In this document: in pieces, positions 1-11,643 of the stretch | Layout of the letters: each line of letters opens with the position of its first letter | Numbering within the stretch: the stretch's first letter is position 1 | NCBI RefSeq assembly: GCF_032444005.1 | Contig: NC_091286.1 | Span: forward strand, 46,748,001 to 46,812,000 | From: Ranitomeya imitator | Taxonomy: Eukaryota | Length of the DNA stretch: 64,000 nt | Direction: 5' to 3' | The notes under the pieces: model-generated | Told to the model about the DNA's origin: nothing | The model's database searches: none | Seen by the model: the letters and a program-made list of their open reading frames with translations, nothing else | Translations under genes and position numbers: made by a program

Positions 1-1536
1 AGACTAAATAATCCTAATTTCGCTAATCTATCTGGGTATTGTAGTTCTCCCATCCCCTTTATTAATTTTGTTGCCCTCCTTTGTACTCTCTCTAGTTCCA
101 TTATATCCTTCCTGAGCACCGGTGCCCAAAACTGGACACAGTACTCCATGTGCGGTCTAACTAGGGATTTGTACAGAGGCAGTATAATGCTCTCATCATG
201 TGTATCCAGACCTCTTTTAATGCACCCCATGATCCTGTTTGCCTTGGCAGCTGCTGCCTGGCACTGGCTGCTCCAGGTAAGTTTATCATTAACTAGGATC
301 CCCAAGTCCTTCTCCCTGTCAGATTTACCCAGTGGTTTCCCGTTCAGTGTGTAATGGTGATATTGATTCCCTCTTCCCATGTGTATAACCTTACATTTAT
401 CATTGTTAAACCTCATCTGCCACCTTTCAGCCCAAGTTTCCAACTTATCCAGATCCATCTGTAGCAGAATACTATCTTCTCTTGTATTAACTGCTTTACA
501 TAGTTTTGTATCATCTGCAAATATCGATATTTTACTGTGTAAACCTTCTACCAGATCATTAATGAATATGTTGAAGAGAACAGGTCCCAATACCGACCCC
601 TGCGGTACCCCACTGGTCACAGCGACCCAGTTAGAGACTATACCATTTATAACCACCCTCTGCTTTCTATCACTAAGCCAGTTACTAACCCATTTACACA
701 CATTTTCCCCCAGACCAAGCATTCTCATTTTGTGTACCAACCTCTTGTGCGGCACGGTATCAAACGCTTTGGAAAAATCGAGATATACCACGACCAATGA
801 CTCACCGTGGTCCAGTCTATAGCTTACCTCTTCATAAAAACTGATTAGATTGGTTTGACAGGAGCGATTTCTCATAAACCCATGCTGATATGGAGTTAAA
901 CAGTTATTCTCATTGAGATAATCCAGAATAACATCCCTCAGAAACCCTTCAAATATTTTACCAACAATAGAGGTTAGACTTACTGGCCTATAATTTCCAG
1001 GTTCACTTTTAGAGCCCTTTTTGAATATTGGCACCACATTTGCTATGCGCCAATCCTGCGGAACAGACCCTGTCGCTATAGAGTCCCTAAAAATAAGAAA
1101 TAATGGTTTATCTATTACATTACTTAGTTCTCTTAGTACTCGTGGGTGTATGCCATCCGGACCCGGAGATTTATCTATTTTAATCTTATTTAGCCGATTT
1201 CGCACCTCTTCTTGGGTTAGATTGGTGACCCTTAATATAGGGTTTTCATTGTTTCTTGGGATTTCACCTAGCATTTCATTTTCCACCGTGAATACCGTGG
1301 AGAAGAAGGTGTTTAATATGTTAGCTTTTTCCTCGTCATCTACAACCATTCTTTCCTCACTATTTTTTAAGGGGCCTACATTTTCAGTTTTTATTCTTTT
1401 ACTATTAATATAGTTGAAGAACAGTTTGGGATTAGTTTTACTCTCCTTAGCAATGTGCTTCTCTGTTTCCTTTTTGGCAGCTTTAATTAGTTTTTTAGAT
1501 AAAGTATTTTTCTCCCTATAGTTTTTTAGAGCTTCA
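1..1536 (-). mobile_element. CR1-clade LINE, ORF2 reverse transcriptase region; 5'-truncated at about 1536, runs off the window start
   Basis: Minus strand translates without a stop for about 510 codons: KSPGPDGIHPRVL, NYRPVSLTS, QHGF, YLDFSKAFDTVPH, SGVPQGSVLGPVLFNIFINDL, IFADDTKL, YCVQFWAP, LERVQRRATKLI. Confidence 0.95.
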
Positions 1537-2050
1537 ATGGAGACGTGGAGGGAGCTATAGGAGGGCAACAACCCAGCAGCGGGACTGCTACCTCCTCCTT
1601 TGTGCAAGGAGGAGCAGTGGCAGAGCCCTGCAAAATGACCTTCAGCAGGTCACTAAGTTCCTTGTGTCTGCTCAAACTGACAGAAACAGACTCCATGAGT
1701 GTGGTATGAGGGCCTGACGTCCAATAGTGGTGTTTCCCAGACCTGAATCCAATCCAGCACATTGGGGACATCATGTCTTGCTCCATCCACCAACGTCATG
1801 TTGCACCACAGACTGTCCACGAGTTGACTGATGCTTTAATCGAGGTCTGGGAGGAGATTCCTCAGGAGGACATCCGCTGCCTCATTAGGAGCCTGCCTGG
1901 GAGGTCATAGATGCACGTAGAGGCCACACACACTATTGAGCATCATTTCCTTGTCTTGAGGCATTTCCACTGAAGTTGGATTAGCCTGTAACTTGATTTT
2001 CCACTTTGATTTTGATTATCATTCTAAACACAGACCTTCATGGTGTATTT
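1537..2050 (+). mobile_element. Degenerate, internally deleted Tc1 fragment (same family as 59496..61063)
   Basis: Colinear similarity to the 59496..61063 copy (gcaacaacccagca, gcagagccctgcaaaatgacc, ccagacctgaatcc, catttccactgaagttgga); the catalytic middle is missing. Confidence 0.8.
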
Positions 2051-3148
2051 TATGCCACGTTCAGTATTTGGTCGGTATTTTACATCAGTATTTGTAAACC
2101 AAAACCAGGAGTGAAACAATCAGAGGAAATGTATAATAAATACAGAAGTGGTGACGTGTTTCTATCATTCACTCCTGATTTTAGCTTACAAATACTGACG
2201 TAAAATACTAATCAAATACTGAATGTGTGAAGATGGCCTAAGGCAGATTAATAGCGGGAGAAAACAACTTTTTTTTTCTGTTTAATGGAAGTTATAGAAA
2301 CAGCTGAGCAAGGGTGCCGAGGATATACTCTCAGGCTGTTTTTCTACTTGGAAAATGTAGCAGATTTTCTGCTGCATATTTGCTTGGGGAACATCTCCCA
2401 TGTTTTACAGTGCCAGAACAGTGCATGAAATTGTAAGAAAACCCAGGCATGCTGTGAAATATATCCGCAGCATAAATTGGCAAGAGCTGCAGGTTTGAGA
2501 TCTGCAGAATCGCAGCATGTCCATTTATGCAGCGGATGTAGGTGCAATTATACATTTGCAATGCAAACGATCACGTTCGTGGCATAATGATATCCGTCGC
2601 GATAAATACCACTTCAGGCATCCCTGCAGGGGCTGCTCAGGGGGACAGCCGCAGTAAAGACGTGAGAACAGAGACCTATTTTTTTTTTTTTTTTCTTAAC
2701 TAAAGCCACAAGTGTGTTCAACATGGGGGGGATTCATAAAGCATGTGTTTTGTTTGTTTTTTTTATTTATTTTTTTATGTGAGTCAGGATGCAGTTTGTG
2801 GGAGTAAGATGCACCAAGTTCTTCTCATGTTTCCAGTTTGTTGTAAAATCCTCTTTTGGCTTTGGTTAAAAGATTTGCACACAAAAAAAGCTGGGTATGA
2901 AACCATCTGTGCTGCCTCCACCCTTCATCATGGGGGCCTGCTGCGCTCTGTAGTGCATTTGTAATTTCACCAGGTATTAAAGGTGGCTTTTTTTTTTTTT
3001 TTTGTTCTATGATTTTTTTTCTTTATTTGTAATTTCCTGTGAATTGCTTTTCATTTCAGTGTAGGGACTCAAGACAGTGAGGATCCTTGACATGGGTTCC
3101 AAGCTTGCGCATTTTGGCTAAAGTATCAACTAAGACATCATACATATA

Positions 3149-5667
3149 TCTACTATATAAAGCAGAATGTGTGTGTGTGTGTGTGTGTGTGTATGTCCGG
3201 GATTGGCATCTGCACCGTCGCAGCTACAGCCACAAAATTTTGCACAGTCACACGTCTGGACCCCGAGAGCGTCATAGGCTACGTTGTGAGGCGAAATTTT
3301 AACCCTGCGCGTTCCAATTCACCAAACAATTTTGCCCCTATCTACATAATGGGGAAAAAAGTGAAAGGAAAAGTGTTGGAGGCAAATTGACAGCTGCCAG
3401 ATGTGAACAAGGGGGACTTAAAGAATGAGAACGATGGCGCAAAAGAGTATATACCGTACAGTTGCTAAGGTGGGGCCCCGACATGAGATACTCACCACAC
3501 ATGGGGATATGAACACACACACAAAATGCGCCACACACTACCACGTGCTTGAACACATATACCACCCTCTGCACACATTTCACCACACATACACCAACCT
3601 CGCCACATAAAAGTCGAAACACAAAAGTCGCCGCTCAAAACTCGCCACGCGCAAAACTCGCCACATGCAAAAACTAGGCTCACACAAAACTCGCCACAAG
3701 TGCAAAACTCACCTCATGGAAAACTCGCCACACGCAAAACTTGCACATGCACAAAATTTGCAACATGTGCAAAAGTTGCCTCACACAACACTTGCACATA
3801 CTCAAAAGGCACCAGACATAAAACTCACCACGCGCAAAACTCGCCATGCGCAAAACTTGCTGCACACAACTTGCTACACTAACCTGTCACATGCAACTCG
3901 ACACACAAAAAGTTGCTACACGCATGTCGCCACACAAAACTCATCTCACAAAAGTCGCTACATGCATGTCACCACACACAACTCAACACACACAACTTGA
4001 CAAACGAAACTCGCCCTAAAACACACACAAGTCTGGTATTAGCCTTCAAAAATAAAAATCTGATTAATAAGCAGACAAACTACAAGAGCAACAAATGTAC
4101 CATATAGGAAATACAGCAGCTGTCAGTCACATGACCTGTCTATTATGTGTATGTGTGAGCTAATATATACTGCCAGGGGGAGGGCTTCCTGTTGGCTGGG
4201 GATTTATCAGGCTGCCAATTTATCTTACAAATACTGAGGTAAAAATACTGAGCAAATAACGTGTTAATGAGGTCTAATACAGGAGATCACACAGGTATAT
4301 ACTATATACAGGGGAGATGACACACAGATATATACTATATACAGGAGAGATGACACACAGGTATATACTATATAGAGGAGGAGATGACATACAGGTACAT
4401 ACTATATACAGGAGGAGATGACACACGTATATACTATATAACAGGAGCAGATTACCTACAGGTATATACTATATACAGGAGGAGATGACCTACAGGTATA
4501 TGCTATATATAGAAGATGACATACAGGTATATACTATATACAGGAGGAGATGACACACAGATATATACTATATACAGGGGAGATGACACACAGGTATATA
4601 CTATATACAGGAGGAGATGACATACAGGTATATACTATATATAGAAGGAGATGACATACAGGTATATACTATATATAGGAGATAACATACATGTATATAC
4701 TATATATAGGAGGAGATTACATACAGGTATATACTATATACAGGGGAGATGACACACAGGTATATACTATATACAGGAGGAGATGACATACAGGTATATA
4801 CTATATATAGGAGGAGATGACATACATGTATATACTATATATATAGGAGCAGATTACCTACAGGTATATACTATATACAGGAGGAGATGACATACAGGTA
4901 TATGCTATATATAGAAGATGACATACAGGTATATACTATATACAGGAGGAGATGACACACAGATATATACTATATACAGGGGAGATGACACACAGGTATA
5001 TACTATATACAGGAGGAGATGACATACAGGTATATACTATATATAGAAGGAGATGACATACAGGTATATACTATATATAGGAGATGACATACATGTATAT
5101 ACTATATATAGGAGGAGATTACATACAGGTATATACTATATACAGGGGAGATGACACACAGGTATATACTATATACAGGAGGAGATGACATACAGGTATA
5201 TACTATATATAGGAGGAGATGACATACATGTATATACTATATATATAGGAGGAGATTACATACAGGTATATACTATATCAGGGGAGATGACACAGCAGGT
5301 ATATACTATATACAGGGGAGATGACATACAGGTATATACTATATACAGGAGATGACATACAGGTGTATACTATATATAAGGGAGATGACAAACATGTATA
5401 TACTGAGGTGAAAATGAGAGGTGTGAGGTGAAAATGAAAAGGTGTGAGTGCAAAATGAGAGGAGTGAGGGAAAATAGTGGAGTGATCGGAAAATGACAGA
5501 TGTGAGGTCGAAATGACAAGTGTTAGGGGGGAATGAGAGGAGTGAGGGAGAAAATGAGAGATGTGATTGGGAAAATGAGAGGAGTGATGGGAAAATAAGA
5601 GAAGTGACGTGCTATAACTAACCACAGATATTTATTATGCCCAGGCAACGCCGGGCTCTTCAGCTAG
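3149..5667 (+). mobile_element. Non-autonomous Helitron
   Basis: Starts TC (TCTACTATATAAAG) after host A3148 and ends CTAG (5664..5667) before host T5668. GC hairpin GCCCAGGC-AAC-GCCGGGC at 5639..5656. No TSD; internal tandem arrays. Confidence 0.8.
4278..5402. repeat. Minisatellite, about 30-35 bp unit GGAGGAGATGACATACAGGTATATACTATATACA, inside the Helitron
   Basis: Directly visible tandem units with length variants. Confidence 0.92.
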
Positions 5668-6573
5668 TATATATATATAATTTATTTATTTTTTTAAATC
5701 TGTGCAGGATGCAGCCAGACTTTAGTTTTGGTGCTGGGAATAGGTATGTGTATAAATGCACCCCCAGAAGAACAGTGGTGGGAAAGAATTGGCAGCAATG
5801 CACTTGCTTTGGCAGTGCTATTGTGTACTGGGTCCTGGTAATAAATCTAATTTTGAATCTGAAGGAGAGTTACTGGAAGTATTTGTAATGAGACTCCACT
5901 TCTGCCCCACCCACACTGACTGCTGGAGATAAAGGCTTGTTAATCACACTGGGCTCTGCTGTACTTCAGCATATCTCCTCACTCTAGTGAGGAGAGCAGA
6001 TTTAGTCAGTACATGGCTCACACTGAGCCTGGTCCAAGCTTTCGTGGGGGCGTTCTTTCTTTACCCCATGTGTTGCTGCCTGCTTATGATTGGTCAGGAT
6101 CAGAGAGAGGAAGAAGGAAACACCCCCAGTGAAATCTCTCTGGTAACGCCTACTTAAAAGAAACTAACTGATTAGGTGCCAAAAACTTTAATGTTTTATT
6201 CCACTGTTCATCATGTGTCCAAATCAACATGAAAAAACCTTTATTAAAAAAAAATGGTGAGGAAGGAAAACAAAGCATGTTAGAAAGTTGCAGAACTTTT
6301 CATGTATAGAGTAGTTAAGACATTTTTGTATATTTATGTGGAAATCGCCTTTTGGTCATGGCTGAATTGTATTTTTCGCAAGGGAGGTCTGCTGACAGTG
6401 CACGGCGCTTGGTCCATGAGATTTCGGCAGAGGGACCATATCCCATTTTTTTTCTAGCACATACAGACATTTCCTTCAGACATGTTTGTCAGCAGAGTGA
6501 TAAAACTTCCACTGTCTGGTGGTTTTCTTTCCCCAATTCTGCCCGAAGCACTAATCGTTACTTCTTCTTCCAG

Positions 6574-6738
6574 GAAGATTACGACCGCTTGAGACCATTG
6601 TCTTATCCCATGACCGACGTCTTCCTCATATGTTTCTCAGTGGTCAATCCGGCTTCATTTCAGAATGTGAAGGAGGAATGGGTGCCCGAATTGAAGGAAT
6701 ATGCACCAAATGTGCCATTTTTGCTGGTGGGCACACAG
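6574..6738 (+). CDS. RHOQ: RHOQ (TC10) internal coding exon, 165 bp
   Basis: cag|GAAGAT...ACACAG|gtaggt; encodes [55 protein letters not shown]. Confidence 0.97.
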
Positions 6739-7249
6739 GTAGGTGTCGGTAACTTCTGTTTCTACTTAGTATGTGTTCGTGTCAGTCTTCACTGCAGATG
6801 TAGCATTCTGTTCGGGAACAGGATTGTGCAGCCTGGATCAGAGTTGTGTTTTTTTGTTGTTGTGTTTCTTTCATATTGTATTGTAGAAGGACAGATAATA
6901 AAATAAAAAAACGATCGGCTTCCCTATATGTGATTATCATCCGTGAGTAAAGTTTGCATCCATGGCTGCAATGATCGTCCCCTGCTGGGATAGCTTTGTA
7001 GCTGTGCTCGGAGCGCGGGTTGGTGCAGTAAGAATATTGGGTCAGGTCATTCTAGTTTTGCCTGTGCCCGTTTCTTGCTTCTCATTAAATGTGTCATTAA
7101 AAAAAGGATTCACTACACAGAGGGCACCAGGGCATAGGATGTTCTCGCTGCCTGTGATATTCCTCCGCTTCACACCTTTTTATTTGCTTTTTCACGTTTT
7201 AGAATATTCGGGGGAAAAAAAATGTGAATTTTATTTTTATGATTTGCAG

Positions 7250-7345
7250 ATCGACCTAAGAGATGATCCGAAGACTCTGGCAAAGCTAAATGATGTGAAG
7301 GAAAAACCCATTACTGTTGAGCAAGGGCATAAGTTGGCAAAAGAG
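7250..7345 (+). CDS. RHOQ: RHOQ penultimate coding exon, 96 bp
   Basis: ttgcag|ATCGAC...AAAGAG|gtaaaa; encodes IDLRDDPKTLAKLNDVKEKPITVEQGHKLAKE, in phase with both neighbours. Confidence 0.97.
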
Positions 7346-7853
7346 GTAAAAACGCTTGTTGTTTTTTTCCCTTTCTCATTTTTATTTTCTAAGGCTGAAA
7401 GATGGTGTCATTACGTGAAGAATGCTTTACTGCTCCTTATAGAAGTCTGTGCTTGGACGCTTTAATGACATTTTTATGCATCGCCCGCCACTGTTTATCT
7501 GAAGGGGAGAGACGTCCTAGTAGAAATATTAATTTCCATCTCAATAACATGCACAATTATAGCAGAAACAACCTGCATCCGATGCAGCAAGTACTCGCAG
7601 GCCGGCCTGTAAACCTAGGGGCATATTCTGTACTGGCGCAGAGCGCAATGTGTTAGACAGTATCTAGAGGGGCCGTAAAGGAATATCCCAATAGTCTGCT
7701 GCAGCTAAGTCCTTATTGCAATCAACGGGCGAGGTTCAGGAAAACGTTTATTGAGCTTAGTCCTGGACAAACCCTTTAACTTGGCTGTGAGAATTGAAGC
7801 AGATACAGTTGTGAGATTTTGTAGAATCCTTTTATGTAACTGTATCCAGAGTC

Positions 7854-8537
7854 GGCCCCAGCCTAAAGGTGTACACCGCACAGGTCCATGTGGCCCCAGC
7901 CTAAAGGTGTACGCCGCACAGGTCCATGTGGCCCCAGCCTAAAGGTGTACACCGCACAGGTCAATGTGGCCCCAGCCTAAAGGTGTACACCGCACAGGTC
8001 CATGTGGCCCCAGCCTAAAGGTGTACACCGCACAGGTCAATGTGGCCCCAGCCTAAAGGTGTACGCCGCACAGGTCCATGTGGCCCCAGCCTAAAGGTGT
8101 ACACCGCACAGGTCCATGTGGCCCCAGCCTAAAGGTGTACACCGCACAGGTCCATGTGGCCCCAGCCTAAAGGTGTACACCGCACAGGTCCATGTGGCCC
8201 CAGCCTAAAGGTGTACACCGCACAGGTCCATGTGGCCCCAGCCTAAAGGTGTACACCGCACAGGTCCATGTGGCCCCAGCCTAAAGGTGTACGCCGCACA
8301 GGTCCATGTGGCCCCAGCCTAAAGGTGTACGCCGCACAGGTCCATGTGGCCCCAGCCTAAAGGTGTACGCCGCACAGGTCCATGTGGCCCCAGCCTAAAG
8401 GTGTACGCCGCACAGGTCCATGTGGCCCCAGCCTAAAGGTGTACACCGCACAGGTCCATGTGGCCCCAGCCTAAAGGTGTACACCGCACAGGTCCATGTG
8501 GCCCCAGCCTAAAGGTGTACACCGCACAGGTCCATGT
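7854..8537. repeat. Minisatellite, 38 bp x 18 (GGCCCCAGCCTAAAGGTGTACACCGCACAGGTCCATGT)
   Basis: Exact 38-bp period with only two variant positions. Confidence 0.97.
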
Positions 8538-8762
8538 GACACGCGTCTCCTCTTCTGAACCTGACACAGGACCTATGTGTCCTTAAAATCTGTGCTGCAA
8601 CTACTGAGGAGCAGCGTTGGCTGTCAAAATAGTGTACGGCAGACCTGGCCAAAACACGGTCCGTGGGCCACATCTGGCCCGCTAGCAGCGACAGCTAAGA
8701 GGCTGAAACAGTGGTTTATGGGCCGCATCATGGTCTCTCCCACCCGCCGTTCATCCGCTGTC

Positions 8763-9816
8763 AGGGTATGTTCACACGTTCAGGATTTCCATCCTTTTTT
8801 TTTCCTGACTGTTTTTTAAAAAACTGCAGCTCTTGGCAGAAAACGCAGGTCCTTTTTTTGGTCCGTTTTTGATGCGTTTTTTGATGCGTTTTTTGATGCG
8901 TTTTTTTGATGCAGTTTTCTAGCCAGAGTCTGTGTGTTTTCTAGGAATTTTTTTAGGGTTANNNNNNNNNNNNNNNNNNNNNNNNNNNNNNNNNNNNNNN
9001 NNNNNNNNNNNNNNNNNNNNNNNNNNNNNNNNNNNNNNNNNNNNNNNNNNNNNNNNNNNNNNNNNNNNNNNNNNNNNNNNNNNNNNNNNNNNNNNNNNNN
9101 NNNNNNNNNNNNNNNNNNCTATGGGGGTGACAAAGGGGGGGGGGGGTGTCATTTACTATTTTTTTATTTTGATCACTGAGATAGGTTATATCTCAGTGAT
9201 CAAAATGCACTTTGGAACGAATCTGCCGGCCGGCAGATTCGGCGGGCGCACTGCGCATGCGCCCGCCATTTTGCAAGATGGCGGCGCCCAGGGAGAAGAC
9301 GGCCGGACGGACACCGGGACGCCGGGTGAGTATAAGGGGGGGAGATTAGGGCACGGGGGGGGCATCAGAGCACTGGGGGGGGGGCATCGGAGCACTGGGG
9401 GGGGGCATCGGAGCACGGGGGGGCGGGATCAGAGCACGGGGGGGGCAGCCACACTCCGCCCACGCACTTCCGCCCGCTCCCCGCACTTCCTGCTGCAGCG
9501 GTTCTGCACATCAAACCGCAGTAAAACCCGCAGATATATTTTTGATCTGCGGGTTTTACTGCGGTTTGGACCTCACAATGGAGGTCTATGGGTGCAGAAG
9601 CGCTGCGGCTCCGGAAAAAGAATTGACATGCTCCTTCTTTTTTCCGGGAGCTATTCAGCGCGTCTTTTTTTTTACAATTTCCGGACCATGTGCACAGTGT
9701 GTCCTGTTTTCCATAGGGTACAGTGTACTGTACCCTGCATGGAAAACAGCTGCGGAACCGCAGCGGCAAAACCGCCGCGGTTCCGCGGTAAAAAACGCAC
9801 TGTGTGAACATGGCCT
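8763..9816. mobile_element. Composite non-autonomous DNA element (Harbinger-like termini) spanning an assembly gap
   Basis: Inverted termini AGGGTATGTTCACAC / GTGTGAACATGGCCT; interior resembles the repeat at about 37050..37700. Confidence 0.55.
8962..9118. other. Assembly gap (157 N)
   Basis: Run of N. Confidence 1.
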
Positions 9817-10048
9817 CACTGCTATCCGCATCGTCAGGATTCAGACAGGATGACGCTCCAGGCTCCATCGTGAGACAGCAGAAGCGATATCGTCATTTCA
9901 TGGTCTGCTGCTGACACTTGTGTGCCAGGGGAGCAAGGTGATATTCGCATGTATATAGGAAGCTAAATGGGGGCTCGCGCTGTATATAAGGGGATGTCAG
10001 CATCTTTAATTCATAAGTGATACAATTAATATTAAGAATTATAATTAA

Positions 10049-10515
10049 AAGGGTTTTCCACTATTTTGACAACCCCATTTTGACCCAGATGTTTTGGCCT
10101 CCATAATTAAATAAAGCCTATACTCTCCTACCGTACCGGCGCCATTTCCATGGTGTCAGCACTCGCGCTCTCGGGACTCCTGTGCGGTGTTGTGATACGT
10201 CACACACGAGCCAATCATCGCTGGTGTCGCTGCCCCCGCCTTCAGACAAATCGAACAGGAAGAGGAAGTCTGGGCTGGGCTGCTGGTGACCTCTGACTTC
10301 CACTTTCTGCTCTATTTGACAAAAGACGGGGACAGTGACGCCAGCGCTGATTGGGCTCCGGCATCACGTGTCAGAACAAGAGCACGGGAGCCCCGGGAGA
10401 ACGAGTGCCGACAAGGCGGGAATGGCGTCAGCACGGGAGGTGAGTATAAGCTTTATTATTTTTATCAGGGCGAGGCATGGGGTATGAAAAGTTGTCCAAG
10501 TAGTGGACAAATTCT
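10049..10515. mobile_element. TTAA-target MITE (T2/Kolobok-like), degenerate
   Basis: TTAA on both sides (10045..10048, 10516..10519); imperfect TIRs AAGGGTTTTCCACTA / TAGTGGACAAATTCT. Confidence 0.65.
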
Positions 10516-10902
10516 TTAATCTATTCGGCCCTCCACAACAGTTACGGTCTCTCATGTGGCCCCTTGGAAAAATTATTTGCCCACCCGTGGTGCAGGGGAT
10601 GACTTACTGATTGCTGGTGGTCCACCCACTGGTACCCTCTGCGATCCCAAAAATGTTAGCTCGGAATAGCAGCCATCCATTCTTTATGGAACGGAGGTAG
10701 AGTACGGTGCTCGGGTATATCCAGCAGTCCAATAGAGGATGAATAGAGTAGAGGAGCGCATACTCTTCCACTCCATTCAGCCGAGGATCACTGCAGACCC
10801 CCTTTCTTTGGATATGTGAAGGTCTCAGCAGGTGAACTGCCACATATCAGTAAATTACCACCTGTGGATAACTTTAAAGACATTGTTTGTTTTTGAGACT
10901 TA

Positions 10903-11643
10903 AGGTACCTTCATACTGAACAACATTACAACGATAGCGATCCGTGATGTTGCAGCGTCCTGGATAGCGATATCATTGTGTTTGACACGCAGCAGCGATC
11001 TGGATCCTGCTGTGATATCGCTTGTCTGAGCTAGAAGTCCAGAACTTTATTTTGTCGCTGGATCACCCGCTGACATCGCTGAATCGGCGTGTGTGACGCC
11101 GATCCAGTGATGTGTTCACTGGTAACTAGGGTAAACATCGGGTTACTAAGCGCAGGGTAACCCTGGTTACCATTGTAAAAGTAAAAAAAAACAAAAAACT
11201 ACATACTCACATTCCGGTGTCTGTCACGTCCCCGGCGTCCGCTTCCCTGCACTCCTCCTGCATCCTGTGTCAGCGCCGGCCGGCCATAAAGCAGAGCACA
11301 GCGGTGACGTCACCGCTCTGCTTTACGGCCGGCGCTTACACAGGATGCAGGAGGAGTGCAGGGAAGCGGACGCCGGGGACGTGACAGGCACCGGAATGTG
11401 AGTATGTAGAGTTTTTTTTACTTTTACAATGGTAACCAGGGTAAACATCGGGTTACTAAGCTCGGCACTGCGCTTAGTTACCCGATGTTTACCCTGGTTA
11501 CCCGGGGACTTCGGCATCGTTGGTCGCTGGAGAGCTGTCTGTGTGACAGTTCTCCAGCGACCACACAAGGACTTTCCAAGGATCACGGCCAGGTCGTATC
11601 GCTGGTCGTGATCGTTGGAAAGTTGCTGAGTGTGACGGTACCT
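10903..11643. mobile_element. PIF/Harbinger-like MITE (AGGTACC...GGTACCT family)
   Basis: TIRs, 3-bp TSD TTA on both sides, central palindrome GCGGTGACGTCACCGC; related copies at 15932, 46871, 62310. Confidence 0.85.

Noticed and set aside
148-1413. Plus-strand ORFs of 68, 147 and 130 aa (likewise minus ORFs at 63356..63937)
   Set aside because: Antisense shadows of the CR1 reading frames on the opposite strand.
6352-7465. ORFs of 184 and 167 aa as standalone proteins
   Set aside because: Only the 165-bp and 96-bp spliced portions are RHOQ; the rest is in-frame intron.
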